DNA of 63,788 bases, the filler included, from Sphaeroforma arctica JP610 (Eukaryota), in NCBI RefSeq assembly GCF_001186125.1. It is 9 parts of 3 records of this genome, joined end to end, with 100 filler letters (N's around TTAATTAATTAA, not from the genome) between each part and the next. Parts side by side here need not be neighbours in the genome. Positions count along the whole stretch, not along the records: positions 11,955 to 28,368 come from NW_014040541.1; positions 28,469 to 39,267 come from NW_014040541.1; 7 more parts are not named here. The stretch is one strand, 5' to 3'. The first letter of the stretch is position 1; each line of letters opens with the position of its first letter. Made by a program: the position numbers and the translations under genes. Positions 25,800-38,200 of the stretch are shown one piece after another. Under the pieces are notes generated by a model, which was given only the letters and a program-made list of their open reading frames with translations, did not search any database and was not told the origin of the DNA.

Positions 25800-26185
25800 T
25801 TAGGCTACTTGTGTGACCCCCCATGGTGTTTTGCCGCAGACTGTTGTGCCGTTCTTTACGAATGTATTGTTTGTGTTTTCGACTGTCATCGGGTCTTGCT
25901 CAAGTGATGACAAGAATTTGGGGAAGCACGTTACATTTGGATAGTAGGGTACACATATTGTGACGCTCGTGGCTTCCTCTATGACTTTATCTAGAACGTC
26001 TGGGATTAGCTCCCAGGGGGGATTCGCCCATGCGTTTATTTCATCTGCCCACTTTTGTAGCAGTGCGTTTTGTTCTTTGGTGTAGAACTTTGCTGTCGGT
26101 GCATTGTGTGCTGCTGCAAATAAATCGATGGTGAATTTCCCAAACAGCATCTTTTTAGAACCGTGGATAGAATTTCCAGTCTATG
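25800..26185 (-). pseudogene. Dam-like DNA N6-adenine methyltransferase domain in pol of element B
   Basis: DWKFYPRF (adjacent frame), FGKFTIDLFAAAHNAPTAKFYT..NALLQKW..NAWANPPWELIPDVLDKV..VTICVPYYP...FPKF. Canonical NPPW amino-MTase motif. Confidence 0.88.
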
Positions 26186-27023
26186 GCAGATACCATTTCT
26201 AGGTCAGTGTATTTTTTACCATTGCGTGTGTGTGCTCGTTGGTTTCCTTCAACACATTCGATGTTTTGATGTTGAAGGTATCTTTGTGTAATCGTGACAG
26301 CATGTCAGCAACTTTATTATCTTTTCCTGGCACGTGTAGGATTGTGAAGTGGTGATGGAATGTCTTTGCTATCCACTCTGCGAGCATGGGGTGCAGCGTT
26401 TGCTGCTTGTTATCTGGCATAACGCATTGTGATATGTCCACAATGTTATATCACCTCCTTTGATGTATCTTGAAACCCGTTCTAGTCTGTATACCAGCGC
26501 TAGAAACTCTTTCGTGTTTGTCCCATATTTATGCTGTGCAGCGTTTAAGCCTTTTGAGAAATAAAGGATATCTCGTCTGACCCCATTTATGATTTGAAAC
26601 AGGCAGCCTCCGATGCCATAATTGCTTGCGTCGCTCATGATCTGGAATGGTACTCCATCTACTGGATACGCCAGTGTTGCTGAGAATTTAATAGTCTCTT
26701 TAAGTTCTTCCCATCTCTTTATGAGCTCTGGTGTCCAAAGATTTGCTATATTCTGATTCATTTTGCCTTTCGTGAGATTTCGGAAGTGTTTCGTTATATG
26801 TGCAAACTAGGGTATGTGGTCCCGCATGTAATTTACTAGTCCGATTGCTCGATGTAAGTCGCGTTTGGTTCTTGGCTGTGGCCAGTCAATCATGCGTTTT
26901 GTTTCTCAGGGTCTGTCTTGAGCCCTATTGTTGTAACTTTTGACGTCTAGAATATTGTCTGTTTTGACTGCAAATGGCATTTGTTGTGATTCAGCTTGAA
27001 ATTGGTAGCGTTAAGTCTTTGAT

Positions 27024-27479
27024 TGAGAGACTACAGTAGGAGGCGTATTTCTATATACGATAATTACGTTGTACGTCGTCAGCCCGAGAGTAATTTGGGA
27101 CTTGTTCTCAAATTAATATAAGTATAGGTGGGTCAGCCTGAGAAAACGTAAGAGTAATTTGAGACTTCTTCTCAGATTATTCTATTTATAGGATACGGGC
27201 CACCGGCTAGCCGAGAGCCGAGGTCCGAGACTGAGTGTGGTAACAGAGAATATGATATATTTATTTCTAGAAAATATATCCGAGTGCTAAAGTGTTCTGC
27301 ATAAGGTTTCTCATACTGATCATATGAGTTTTTACCCTGGCCAACCCAAGTGGTTGAACACTAGTACAAACACCATCAGTATATAACTGAGGGTGAGATC
27401 ATAAATAAATTCAATCGAATGCACCATACTTTAGATACACTAGCACTTTACTTATAGTCCCCTGCACCGCACTCCAACA
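27024..27479 (+). mobile_element. Solo LTR inserted in element B RT
   Basis: TG..CA ends, 5-bp TSD TTGAT; removing it restores VREVIKRLNATNF. Confidence 0.92.
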
Positions 27480-27530
27480 TTGATGACTTCTCGTACTGTT
27501 TGCCTGTGTTCTGTCGTCAACGTATACTTG

Positions 27531-28368
27531 TGTAGTAAACACATCAAAATACGATACTAAAACCTACTGAGTCTCCCTGAGGCTCAGTGCAGTGTATTTA
27601 TTCTTGTATTTGATTGTCTACGTGGTCTACAAATAATTCACCTCGTGTGAATTAATTGTAAACTAATTCTAACTCCACACTGATAGTAGTTTAAGGGGAC
27701 TTTTACTACACTCCCCTCAAGCTCAAGCGTCACCAGTGATTGAAGAGCTTCAAAAATAAATGACCTTTTAAAATATTGAAAATTAAACAAATAAAACTAG
27801 TAGTGTAAATTAAACAAAATTTATATATATAAACTAGTGAAAATCCTTCTGCTGAGTAAGTTCGTGCCTTGGAAACTGTTCTTTTGAACCATCCCGGCTG
27901 TGCTGGTATATTTTCACCACCCAAAAAGCTAGGGTATCCGCTGGTATGTTTTCACCCCCCCCCCCCCATAAGCTAGGGTATTCGCTGGAGTTATACTCGC
28001 CTATAAGCTCGAGTTGTGGAATCGTCGTTCGCCTCTACACCGTGGTGAAATCTCACGAGGAGAGCCGGAAGTAGATGATAGACATCTAGTATTCATCAAC
28101 GTAACGTTGGAATTATTGTTGTTGTGCCGCTTTCTTCTTCTGGCGAGTTTGCTCGGCTTTGTGGTATGAAGCGATATTATTCGGATCGTCAAAAGCTTCG
28201 GCTGACTCCCAAGTTGGATCACCTTCCCGCCAGCGAACCAAGTATTCTGTATTTCCTGTGGAATCATTCTGTCTATGTCGAATGATGCAACGGAACGAGG
28301 AACTATCCTGCCACATATGATCTTCTAAAGGCTTTTCGGTGGCTCTATGGACTAATGGCAAAAGTTCC
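27531..28368 (-). mobile_element. 3' end of a chromovirus (Ty3/Gypsy): chromodomain, 3' UTR, PPT and 180-bp LTR (27531-27710)
   Basis: IIRHRQ..GNTEYLVRWREGDPTWESAEAFDD chromodomain. PPT TTGAGGGGAG (27711-27720, minus). LTR TGTAGTAAA...TTTACTACA. Confidence 0.85.
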
Positions 28369-28468
28369 NNNNNNNNNNNNNNNNNNNNNNNNNNNNNNNN
28401 NNNNNNNNNNNNTTAATTAATTAANNNNNNNNNNNNNNNNNNNNNNNNNNNNNNNNNNNNNNNNNNNN

Positions 28469-28515
28469 GGGAGACTCAGTAGGTTTTAGTATCGTATTTT
28501 GATGTGTTTACTACA
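28469..28515 (+). repeat. Inverted partial copy of the 27531-27710 LTR end
   Basis: Reverse complement of 27531-27577, located at a contig edge. Confidence 0.8.
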
Positions 28516-31500
28516 AGTCTGCCTGTTGAATGTCTAATTTTGCCCTATGTTTATATTTTGTGGCTAGTCCTCGCGTTAAACTCAATACTAGTGTCCCGTA
28601 AGTAGGGTTTGTACAACTTGAGGAGTCTCGTTATTATGGGGCTGCAATAAAACTTTAAATTAGATGCTTAGGAATTGATTTCATCTCAGTGATGCTTAAA
28701 ATATATGATTTATGTTTGGCCTCATCTAAGAATTGTTCTTATAATGCTGTACGAGTTCATGTTTTTACTGATTTCACTAGGGGTATATTGCTAGTTCCTG
28801 TGGTGTATGCTTCATGCGTTTTACTCGAGATAGTGTTGTGTTCTATGCTCCTTTTCTCTATTTTGCTTTGGATTCATGTAATTGATTCACATATTTGTGT
28901 GTGGTGTTCTAGAAAGACATGTGTGCGTATTTCTAGTGGTATGTTTTGTTTAGGTGCATTTATAGCGTTCGTTCTGTTCGTGTGCATCGTCATGTCTCTG
29001 GTGGACTACTCTAGTATCCATCTAACCTTACCTGATATTTGTGGCTCCCTTGATCACCATAGTATACGTTAAATTTTGTACTTTTATGTTTCATTGTTTT
29101 AACAGGAGTGTTTGATCTTCTTTTGAACTTTTGTTCAGTGTTGTGTTGACGGACTAGGCTAATATCGGCTTGTGCCCTGCCTTTAATGCCGATTCTTTTC
29201 TGTTTTTCAGGATCCGCTTTAGAGTCTTTGTGTGGTGACTTTCACCCCTAGAATGTTGACCACTTTGACCTCGAAGGCACACCTGTTATGGTTGTGTTGG
29301 AAGTTTGTTCCATTCAGTCGCTTGATTACTTCACGAACTGTCTTGCAGTGTTCTTCTCCTGTAAGACTTGCAATGACTATGTCATCTATATACACTTGTA
29401 CTCCTTTGATGTCTATGAGCAGATTTGCTATTACTCTTTGGAATTGTGCTGTGAGTGAGTGTAGTCCAAACGGCGCGGACTTGAATGAGTATTGCGCTCC
29501 TCTCCACGAGAATATGAAGAAATGTTGGCTTGCTTCGTCTACTGGGAAGTGGTGGGGCCCTCCTGTGAGATCGAACTTTGAGTAGAATTGTGCTCCTTGT
29601 AGTTTGTGTGGAACTTCCTTTATTTTTGGTAGCACGAATTTGTCTTGTTCATATTGGTAATTGATTTCGCATAAGTCTAAACATGTTCTTACTTTCTGTT
29701 CTCTTGTCGATAACAAAGGTAGGTTCACCGTTGTCGTTGTGGTACGTTTGTATATGTGTCCATTTGTAAGCCACCTTTGTACGTTTTTATCCGTTTGCGG
29801 AATATACTTGTGAGTTACAAAGTTGACTTTGGCGTGCCTCATTTGTCTGACATCAATTTCATTTGCAGATATTGTGACTGTCGAGCCTGGTAGGTTGCAA
29901 TGTACGTCAGAAGGTATGTTCGCATTGGTGTCTAAGAGATTTGCAAATGACTCTCTAAAACCTTCTTGTTCATGCTCAAGGTCTTCTTCATGTGGCGTGG
30001 GCAGTGATTTCCATTTTGCATCTGTTGGTATAAGTGGATTGATTAATCCGGCTATGTATATACCTATGTGTGGTAGAATGACCATACCGAGAAGTATTGG
30101 TGCCTTCTTGTCTGGGAGGTTCCACACTTCAAAACACTGAGAGGTTTTCCTTTCTCCGTAATTAATGTCACATACTTGGGTTGACCCTGTTCTTTGTATT
30201 CTGGCATCTGTTTGTGCTAGTTGTATAGGGCTTAGGGTTTTTAGAGCCCGGTTGTGCCCTGATAGAGAGATATAATTACGTTACTATACTCTTATCTATA
30301 CATGAACGTTGTGCGCCAGAGTCTACTAGTACGTTGTATGTGTTGCCATTGATATGTATGTCAATGTGTAATCGTTGATCTCGTGGTGCGGGAAGTAAAG
30401 GTGAAGGTTGGTAATTTATATCATTTGCATTTATTAACAACGTTTCTTCAGTTGTATTTACATTGAGCCTGTCAGCCGGGTCAATCATGTTTGCTTCCGC
30501 CCACCAGTTGTTTCAGTGCTCATCGCCATCTATGATGTCTTCTACCTGGTCGGAGGTAATAAACAATCTCACTACTTGCACATCATTCCTGACACGCTCC
30601 TCAGCCTGCTTGGTCTGATCCACGCCTTCATGGGACATTGACTGAGGCGATGTGGGGCTGGCATCACCTCACAATAAGGGCATGGCTTTGTCCTAATTGT
30701 TTGGTTTGCTTAGGTACCCTGTTGTCCGGTTTGTGTCGTTTGGTCGTAGTGGTTGTACCACCCTGAACTGACTTTGGGGAGCTGTCTGCGAGCTGTGTCG
30801 CTTGCAGTCTCTATACAACCGATTTGCCTGCACTTTGGCTGTTGCTCCAATGGTTGCTTCAGGAAGAGAGTGAAACATGTGTTTCATATCAAATATGTGA
30901 CCTTCACTTTCATCAGGTTGCTTGTCTGCCTTGATATTGGCATCTGCTTTATCCTGTTGTCCATAGTACGTGAGTGCTTGGTATCTTATGACCTTGAGGA
31001 TTTGTATGTGTATAGGCTCTTTGTCCGAGTTACGGTAACGCTCCTCTAACACTTGCATTGTTCTATGCAATCGCTGTGTGTGTACGCACTTCTACGTTCA
31101 GTGTCTTATTCTGCATGTCGTTGCGAAACTTCTCTAACAGATAGTCTACTGGATGGTGTCTGAGTCTGTCAATAATGATTCTATTGTATTGTTCAGGACC
31201 CATGTAGTGCTTGGCCATCTGTGATTCAGAGTCTCGTAACTCATTGAGCACTACCTTGGTCTTCTCCGTTGCAGCTGGGTACTGACATATTGACATAGAC
31301 TTGGCTAAGAACAGGTCTCTGCATTGTGTAGTAACCTCTATAACGTCTTCACAATTTTCCATTTTGAAATAACTGTCTCTAGGTAACTTTGGAAATTCTG
31401 AGGTGTTTAGTAGTTTAGAAAGTGTAGGTTCATTGATCATATCGCCTAAGCGTGAACGCATAAGTTCTAACTCACTGATGTATTGACTGATTTGAATGAG

Positions 31501-32240
31501 TTCATCTTCCTCATCGTCACCACACTCATTGATAGCTAGATCATATCTTCGTCCGAGCTCTGTGTCGACGATTAACATGCGTCGTTCTGGCGTTGGTCAT
31601 GAATGCCAACTCTCACCATGTGTAGAGTTGCTACAGGCACCGGTGCTGTTTGTTCTAATTTGGATACAAACCTACTAACCAGGACGTGGTTGCCTTGACA
31701 TATGCTCTTGTCTATATTCTCGCCGTATTGCTGAAGCTAGAATGGGTGTCCCAGCTGGTGTTGGCTGACTTGAGCCTCTGCCTGGGCTTGACCCCCTTAC
31801 TGGGCTATTATCTGCACCATCCTTCTCAACACCCTCTTCTTCACCACCATACACGCCTGCACTGGTTGTCTTTGGTATCTTGAGATGTCTGTGTTGGTGT
31901 GTGGGTGTTGCAGTTTATTAGTAAAGACTCTTGCTATATTCTGTGCGAATGCGTGCTTCACCCCTCTTATATTTGCTAGTAATTTGTATAAATATACATG
32001 AAATTTGAGTTTATTTTAGTCTCGCTTTACTGCATTTCCGTAGGAAGTGTTTACCTTCCTGTGTGGCGCGGTAGCTTGTTGCGTTGCTCCCTGCATTTGT
32101 GAGGGTTTAAATGGTGTTTATTAGTCAAGCTTATATCGTCACGTGTGGGCCTGTGTTTATTTTGTCATAAATATGAGAAATTAGTGATCTTAATGAGATT
32201 TTTGGTCCTAGTGACGTCACTGGGAAAGTTTGGTCCTAGT
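28516..32240 (-). mobile_element. Degenerate Ty3/Gypsy element 'E' (gag, protease, RT; internally deleted), related to B
   Basis: Gag fragments 30693-31578 with CPYC knuckle remnant. VLVDSGAQRSCI protease (30276-30488). RT ORF 29219-30127 (KFDL..G, APFGL, VYIDD). Possible chromodomain remnant KYQVRLDGY near 29020-29045. Confidence 0.85.
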
Positions 32241-32253
32241 TGATAGAATACAA

Positions 32254-35231
32254 TGTAGTAGACCTTAAATATAGTGCAAAGCTTTGTATTTATTTCTGAC
32301 CTCACCTTTGGTTTTATACCTAAGGTGTTTGTGCTAGTGTTCAGCCGCTTGGGCTAGCCAGGGTAAAACCTCATATGGTCAGTATGAGAAACCTTATGCG
32401 GAACACTTTAACACTTCGATGCCTTTCTATTTCAACTTCTCTGCAACTAAATCTCACGCTGATCACATGATGCCTTTCCGCATAGATTATGACTCACATA
32501 GAACCGTAGCTATTAATAATATGTTGTGGTTGACATGCTTAATCCACTCTCGTGAATCGGTTGAGAAACTAAATCTGCTCTCGGAAGTCGCTTAAGTAAT
32601 AACTCAACTCTTGAGAGTAATTTGAGCAACTTGATTAGCTCTCGGGAGTGAGCTAACTCTGATAACTTCTCTAAATCAAAGATGGTTTCTTGCCGTAAAA
32701 TCTGGCCTGAGACCTGTAGTCTCTCACTCCCCCTCAATTTTACAATCAACAAGGGCTGAAGTCTGAAGGCTGAAAATTGGAAACTAAAGACTAATGAAGG
32801 CTGAAGACTTAAGACCTGGATTGTGAAATTGTTGACTCTGTAGATGGATTGGGCGATAAGCGTTGAACCAATGTATATTTGTCGACGACGTTTACGAATT
32901 GGTGCTGTTGAGTATTGTCTCGATGGAAATTGTTGAAAACGTTGATTTTTCTGAAGAGTAGACGATCTCCTGTACAGTGACAGGCTTCACGACTGGCGCG
33001 GATAATCTTCTGTACGGGGACAGGCATCACAATATCGCAGGTAAAAATACTCGAGATTTTCTTGAAAAATGCATTTTGCTTACTGAATCGGTGTGTACTG
33101 TGGCGTGGATGCTGGGGGACAGCTCCCGTCTGCGTTGTGGCATATTGGTTTGACTTTGGGATGTGACCTGAGAGGCTGAGACTCGGAGACTGTGAGGCTA
33201 AAATTTTCCCTTGGGTCTTGGAATGTGCGGCTCTTATGCTGCGGTCTGGCTGCTATCCTTAGTATGGTTGCTTTTAAAAAACAGTTAAATTTTTGATCGA
33301 ATTGACCAACGAAATTCGTGTAGCGATAAGTTCTACCCATTGAGGACAAAATTTCAGGCTCCGGTGGAAATTTTTGATTTTGATTTTGATTTTGATTTTG
33401 TGTTAGTACTCACAATACATAGAGGGGGCGCGTTGGGGGGGGGGGGGTGGGGGTGGAGACAGTGTGAGGTTGTGGTCCCTGTAGGGTCTGTGGGCTGCGA
33501 AATTCACAATTTTGTTTGTACCTTGCGAGTGAATTTCTATACAAATTGTCATAGGTATGCAACTTTTACGATATCACGCATAAAAATTAAAAAGAACCAG
33601 TAAGTTACTACTATTATGTGTATCGACGAATACAAATTGTCTGCGGGATTCAACTTTAACTTCAGAGTATTTAATGTCAAAACACAGTCGCACAGGTAAA
33701 GTGTTTATCGATAGGAACAATTATATGAACAAATATATAGTTATATATTGCGTGTACATTATTTGTAATTTCATTTTTACATATAATACAAACAGTTTGT
33801 ACACACTCCTTTTACAAGGTACGAAATATCTGTATATTTTGCAGTCAGAGATAGAAGCACAAAGCATTTGACACCTGCTTACCTTAAAGTACTTACCTTT
33901 ATTATAAATTGGACTATGTTGATACTGGCATCTGAGTCATTAGTCTGTCGCGTATGTTGGTAAACTTCTCTCGGCTGAGTGGCTTCGTGAAGAAATCATT
34001 GAGTAGCTGTTCTGATGGTATGTATGTTAGCTTGATGGTGTTGTTCGATGTGAGTTCCCTGGTGTGATGATATCGTAGATCGACATGTTTTGTACGGCGG
34101 GATTTCGTGATACCATTTCCCATTAGTATTGCTGACTTGTTGTCCTGTTCTATGGTGGTGGGTTCTACGAGCGGAATGCCGAATTCTGCGAAGAGATTCC
34201 TAGCTCATACTGCGTCTTTGGCTGTATCAGATTGTGCTGCGTATTCTGCCTCTGCTGTAGACGTTGTTACTATTCGTTGCAAGTTTGTTCCCCACATGAA
34301 TGGTGCACCTGCTATAATGCCCACTCGCCCGGTGGTGGATCGTCTTGTTGTGTCATCGCTAGCAAAGCTACTGTCTGCACTCAGATAGGGAATACATGGT
34401 TCTTTGTTCGTGTATTCAAGTCCGAAGTCCTGAGTGCCAGCGAGATACTTCAAACAGCGCTTGGCACCTCTGAAGTGGTGGTACTGAGGTGCTATCAGAT
34501 AGCGACTTAGGATCGAAACTGCAAAGCATATATCCACTCGTTTTTGATCTACAAGGTATCGTAGCTGACCCACTAGCTTGTTGTATTGTGTGTTGTTGGG
34601 ACGTCTGAGCTGGCCGCCTTTTCCGGGAGATATGCATGTTTGTCTGTTACTTCATAGTCCGATTCTAGAATTGGCACCCATGCTGGTTTACAATCTATCA
34701 ACCCCCATTACTGCAATATTTCTCTTAGGTATTGTCGTTGATGGAGACGTACTCTTCCAGGGTGTATTTCCACTTGGCACTTGAGAAACCATAACGGTAG
34801 GCCCATATCAACAGTGTTCCATTCGCCTTTCATTGCGTCAACTAGTTTCTGTCCGTCAGTCTTACTCTGACATGCTGCAATTTTGTCATCTACGTGTACA
34901 AAAATGAAACAAGGTCCACTGTGTATTTGTTTGATGAACAGTGCTCCATCCGATTGTGCTTGTTTATAACTGTGTTGTATAGCAAACCAATGGATAGCTT
35001 TAAATCAGTAGTGTCCGCTAGGTGGTAGACCGTATACGCAACGGTCAACTCGACATACAACCTTTGTGTCTCCTTGCTTGTGCCTTTCGTATAGTTTTCT
35101 CTGAGACGGGTCCAATAGATGTTCGATGAGATCGTATCCTTGCGGCACTCGCATGTAGCTAGGGGTATCCAGTTCTTGAGTGAGGTAGGCCGAGGGTGTA
35201 TCGTATTGTCGAATGTTCATGTCATAGTGTG
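32254..35231 (-). mobile_element. Ty1/Copia retrotransposon 3' part: RT, RNase H, 3' UTR, PPT and 3' LTR (~32254-32726)
   Basis: QYDTPSAYL..YMRVPQGY..VCRVDRCVYGL, VHVDD, GQLRYL..RVDICFAVS.LSR, ADSSFA..RRSTTG, STAEAEY, RTKHVDLRYH, DFFTKPL. PPT at 32727-32737. LTR ends in the reverse complement of TGAGAGACTACAG; its left boundary is uncertain. Confidence 0.9.
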
Positions 35232-38200
35232 TGTAGTCAAGAAGTCCCTGATAGGGTTTATTTAGGATTAGGGTTTATTTAGGATTAGGGTTTATTTAGG
35301 ATTAGGGGTTATTTGATATTTGGGTTTTTATTAGAGACTACATTTTGAACTGGGTTTATCCAATCAAGTTAAAGTGATAGTCACAGGATTTAGTTCAATA
35401 AATGAACAACGTCTCCCCTTGTACGAGGGGAGTACGTTGAGATACAGTTATCCTCGACTACTTGCTACATTTTTAACTGACTTAGATGTTGTACATTAAT
35501 TGAACTATTCCTGAATAGGGGACGAAGTTAGTAGGCACTATAGGATCCCGTGTAAAAGTATATTGTTTTGTACACAACACAAAGAAGAGAGAGATGTCTC
35601 AGACATCAGAAACGGAAATGACGGTGGTCAACATAGAACAACCGTTAGTAGATGACACAGATAGTGGCTTTATTCGTAGTGATACTAGTGATAGCATGCC
35701 AGCACTTCTACCAAACAGCAGTAGTGCGTCTGAGGCGGAGACGAATAGAGAAACCTCAGAAATCCAGAGACAAGCCAGACGCATGGGACGACACAATCGT
35801 AGACTCCGTATGCACACTCGTCAACAAGTAGACCGCTTGAATGAGAGAATAGAGCGGATAGAGATTAGCGACGGAGTTATTAACAGACAAAGGGTACTAT
35901 GTATTGACACCGAAGATGTTACGGTAGCCAAGCGAACCGGAGGAAGTGATATGTTAGAACAAAACCAAGGAGTGTGTACCTTTACATCGACATGGACACT
36001 CCGAACCACACCACATCAAGAAACATCCGCACCGTTATGGGCACCAACACCTTCGCCAGAGCCGAGCCACACCAGGAAGGTTGAAGAGGACAAGGAAGAA
36101 GGATGGCAGATTACAGAAGACGAAGTGGAACACATATAAGGGATAACAAAGGTAGGTGTAAAAGTTGGAAGATCACCAAGACAACAAGGAATGTAGACGG
36201 ACACGTCAATCAGGTACGTAAGAAAACATCAAATAGGGATATATATGTAAGATGCGCCATGTATAGTACTCAAGTAACCTGGTGAAATAAGAAATAGTGG
36301 TCAGACATAATCGGAGTGGCAGTATGACATGGGAAAGAATTCACGGTAACAGATATTCATGCAAAGACGGTAACACGAAGAGATGTGCATTGCAGCAAGT
36401 GTTAAACAGACAGGAAGTAAGTTGCACACACAATAAGCGCATACACCAATATAGAGCACAATAATCTGAAATAAGTTAGTACCAGAAGTGATGAACATGC
36501 AAGCAAGTGACATCAATGTGTACGTGAACACGAAGCAATGGCAATATGTGTGTGCGTTCAATGGGGGTGTGCGTCGTCCCAGCGAGTTAGAAGAAACAAG
36601 TGCTTGCGTAAGCCCGGGATCCCAGACGAGAACGACGGGTGATTTGGTGGACAAACTGATTAGCTACGAGAGGTTAGAGGCGACAATCGGTGGGGGATTA
36701 GATGAGCTTTGAAAGGAGTAAAGAACATGTGCTTAGATGAGATGGAATGCGAATGTCGGGAGCAAAGAGTTACCGAGAGAGCAGTGACACGTGAGCCAAG
36801 AGCAGGGGTTAGTTGGAAGAGTAAAAGAGCATCCACAACGAGACCCAGGATTAGCTTAAGGCACGATTGCCTATGCAGGGACAACGCCGATGCGTCGACA
36901 CTACGAAATAGAGCAAGACGTAGACGATGTATGTACCGTCAACGGGGCTTCAGGGTATTCGAAAAGCGATGACATGACTAAGCAGTGGACTACTTAAGGC
37001 GGAAGAGAGGCAGAGATAACGTGACATTGCTATCAATAGACAAACATAAGTTTACTTCAACCATGGCTAACATTCGACAGAGTCGTCGGCAGCAATAGCT
37101 ATCCCCATAACAACGTGAACGGGGTGGCATCCATCAACGAGGTTTCCGACGACGTACTCAGGACCGAATAGATACGGATGGAGAAGTGTCGGAGGACTTA
37201 GAGTCAGAACGTCGAACTAACCAAACAATACTCCAGCGGACACTAACAGCACAACAACAACGCGACGGGCGAATAACTACTCCGAGTGACGTGGACTTCA
37301 CGGATCGTGAACGAAGTACTCCCAACTAATGAGAGCACCACATTCGACGTCGCAGGCTCACTATCAGGAGGGGACAGCTTCTCGAGAGGCATCACGGGCT
37401 GTTACAAGTAAGCGCCCTCGTTCTCATACTAAAGAGAGACGACAGAGCCGAGGTAGAGACGATGACACGCCAGAGCAAATGACGAGCCTACTTCGGCGAC
37501 AGCAATCGCTATTAGAGAAATATGAACGGCGTTTGCGTCGACTGCGACGAGGGAACACACCTTCATCACCGGACAACATCGAGTTCCGCATTAGAGGAGC
37601 CGACGATGCCCGCCATGGGTTAGGGTACACAACGTCGGATCAGGACGAAGGCGATACACACCAGGGAATGATATCTCGTCAAAACTTTGCAAAGGAACAA
37701 CGTAGAGCTACACAGAACCCTCACGGGAGGGAGGCACTGGATAATCGACGTGACAACATGGACACGTCTTTAGAAGCACAACGTCAGAGCCAACAATTTG
37801 TACGAGAAGCTATGAATGACAGTCTACCGTCACGCAGGCTGCTTGAATGCACACCGTCGAGTCAAGCCACATCATCGGAGAAGCGTCGACGGTTGGCTCA
37901 ACAGGCCACACCTCCTACACCAGATAGCATAGCGGCGGACCGCCAAGCCTTGCACGCGCGTATGCTCAAATTGTCGGAGGAATTATGTAGTGCATTGGAA
38001 GCCAACAACTTGCCACGAGCGGAGGCACTAAGAGGTGTACTCCAGACATTAAGAGCAACCCATGACTCACGACCGGCGAAGGAACCCCGTAGTTGGCCGG
38101 AGTGGCCCTCGAACCGGTATAACCTCAGCAACATTATGGAGCGCGACACTAAAGGGGCATTGCGAGAAGCCCTTAAGAATGCGCAGATTTCGGGTCTCGA

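Larger units (their letters stand above)
25635..27530 (-). mobile_element. Truncated Ty3/Gypsy pol 'B': RT C-terminus, RNase H, Dam-like MTase, start of integrase zinc finger
   Basis: QVYVDD (27513-27530), EHRQTVREVIKRL, MSDASNYGIGGCLFQ..YFSKGL..KEFLA, HVPGKDNKVADMLSR, then DWK..P.F / FGKFTIDLFA..NPPW, then TATLIAQYHTVGHC. Confidence 0.88.

Noticed and set aside
13589..26185. Calling the MTase-bearing elements DIRS retrotransposons
   Set aside because: No tyrosine recombinase is seen. A has direct LTRs, a TSD and a protease. B has a Ty3-type RNase H and an integrase-like HH motif.
27531..28515. Element bounded by inverted LTRs
   Set aside because: The inverted copy is at a contig edge across a gap with no TSD; more likely a separate insertion or a scaffolding effect
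32241..32726. Treating this LTR as the 5' LTR of Gypsy E with a self-priming PBS
   Set aside because: A PPT on its right side links it to the Copia as a 3' LTR
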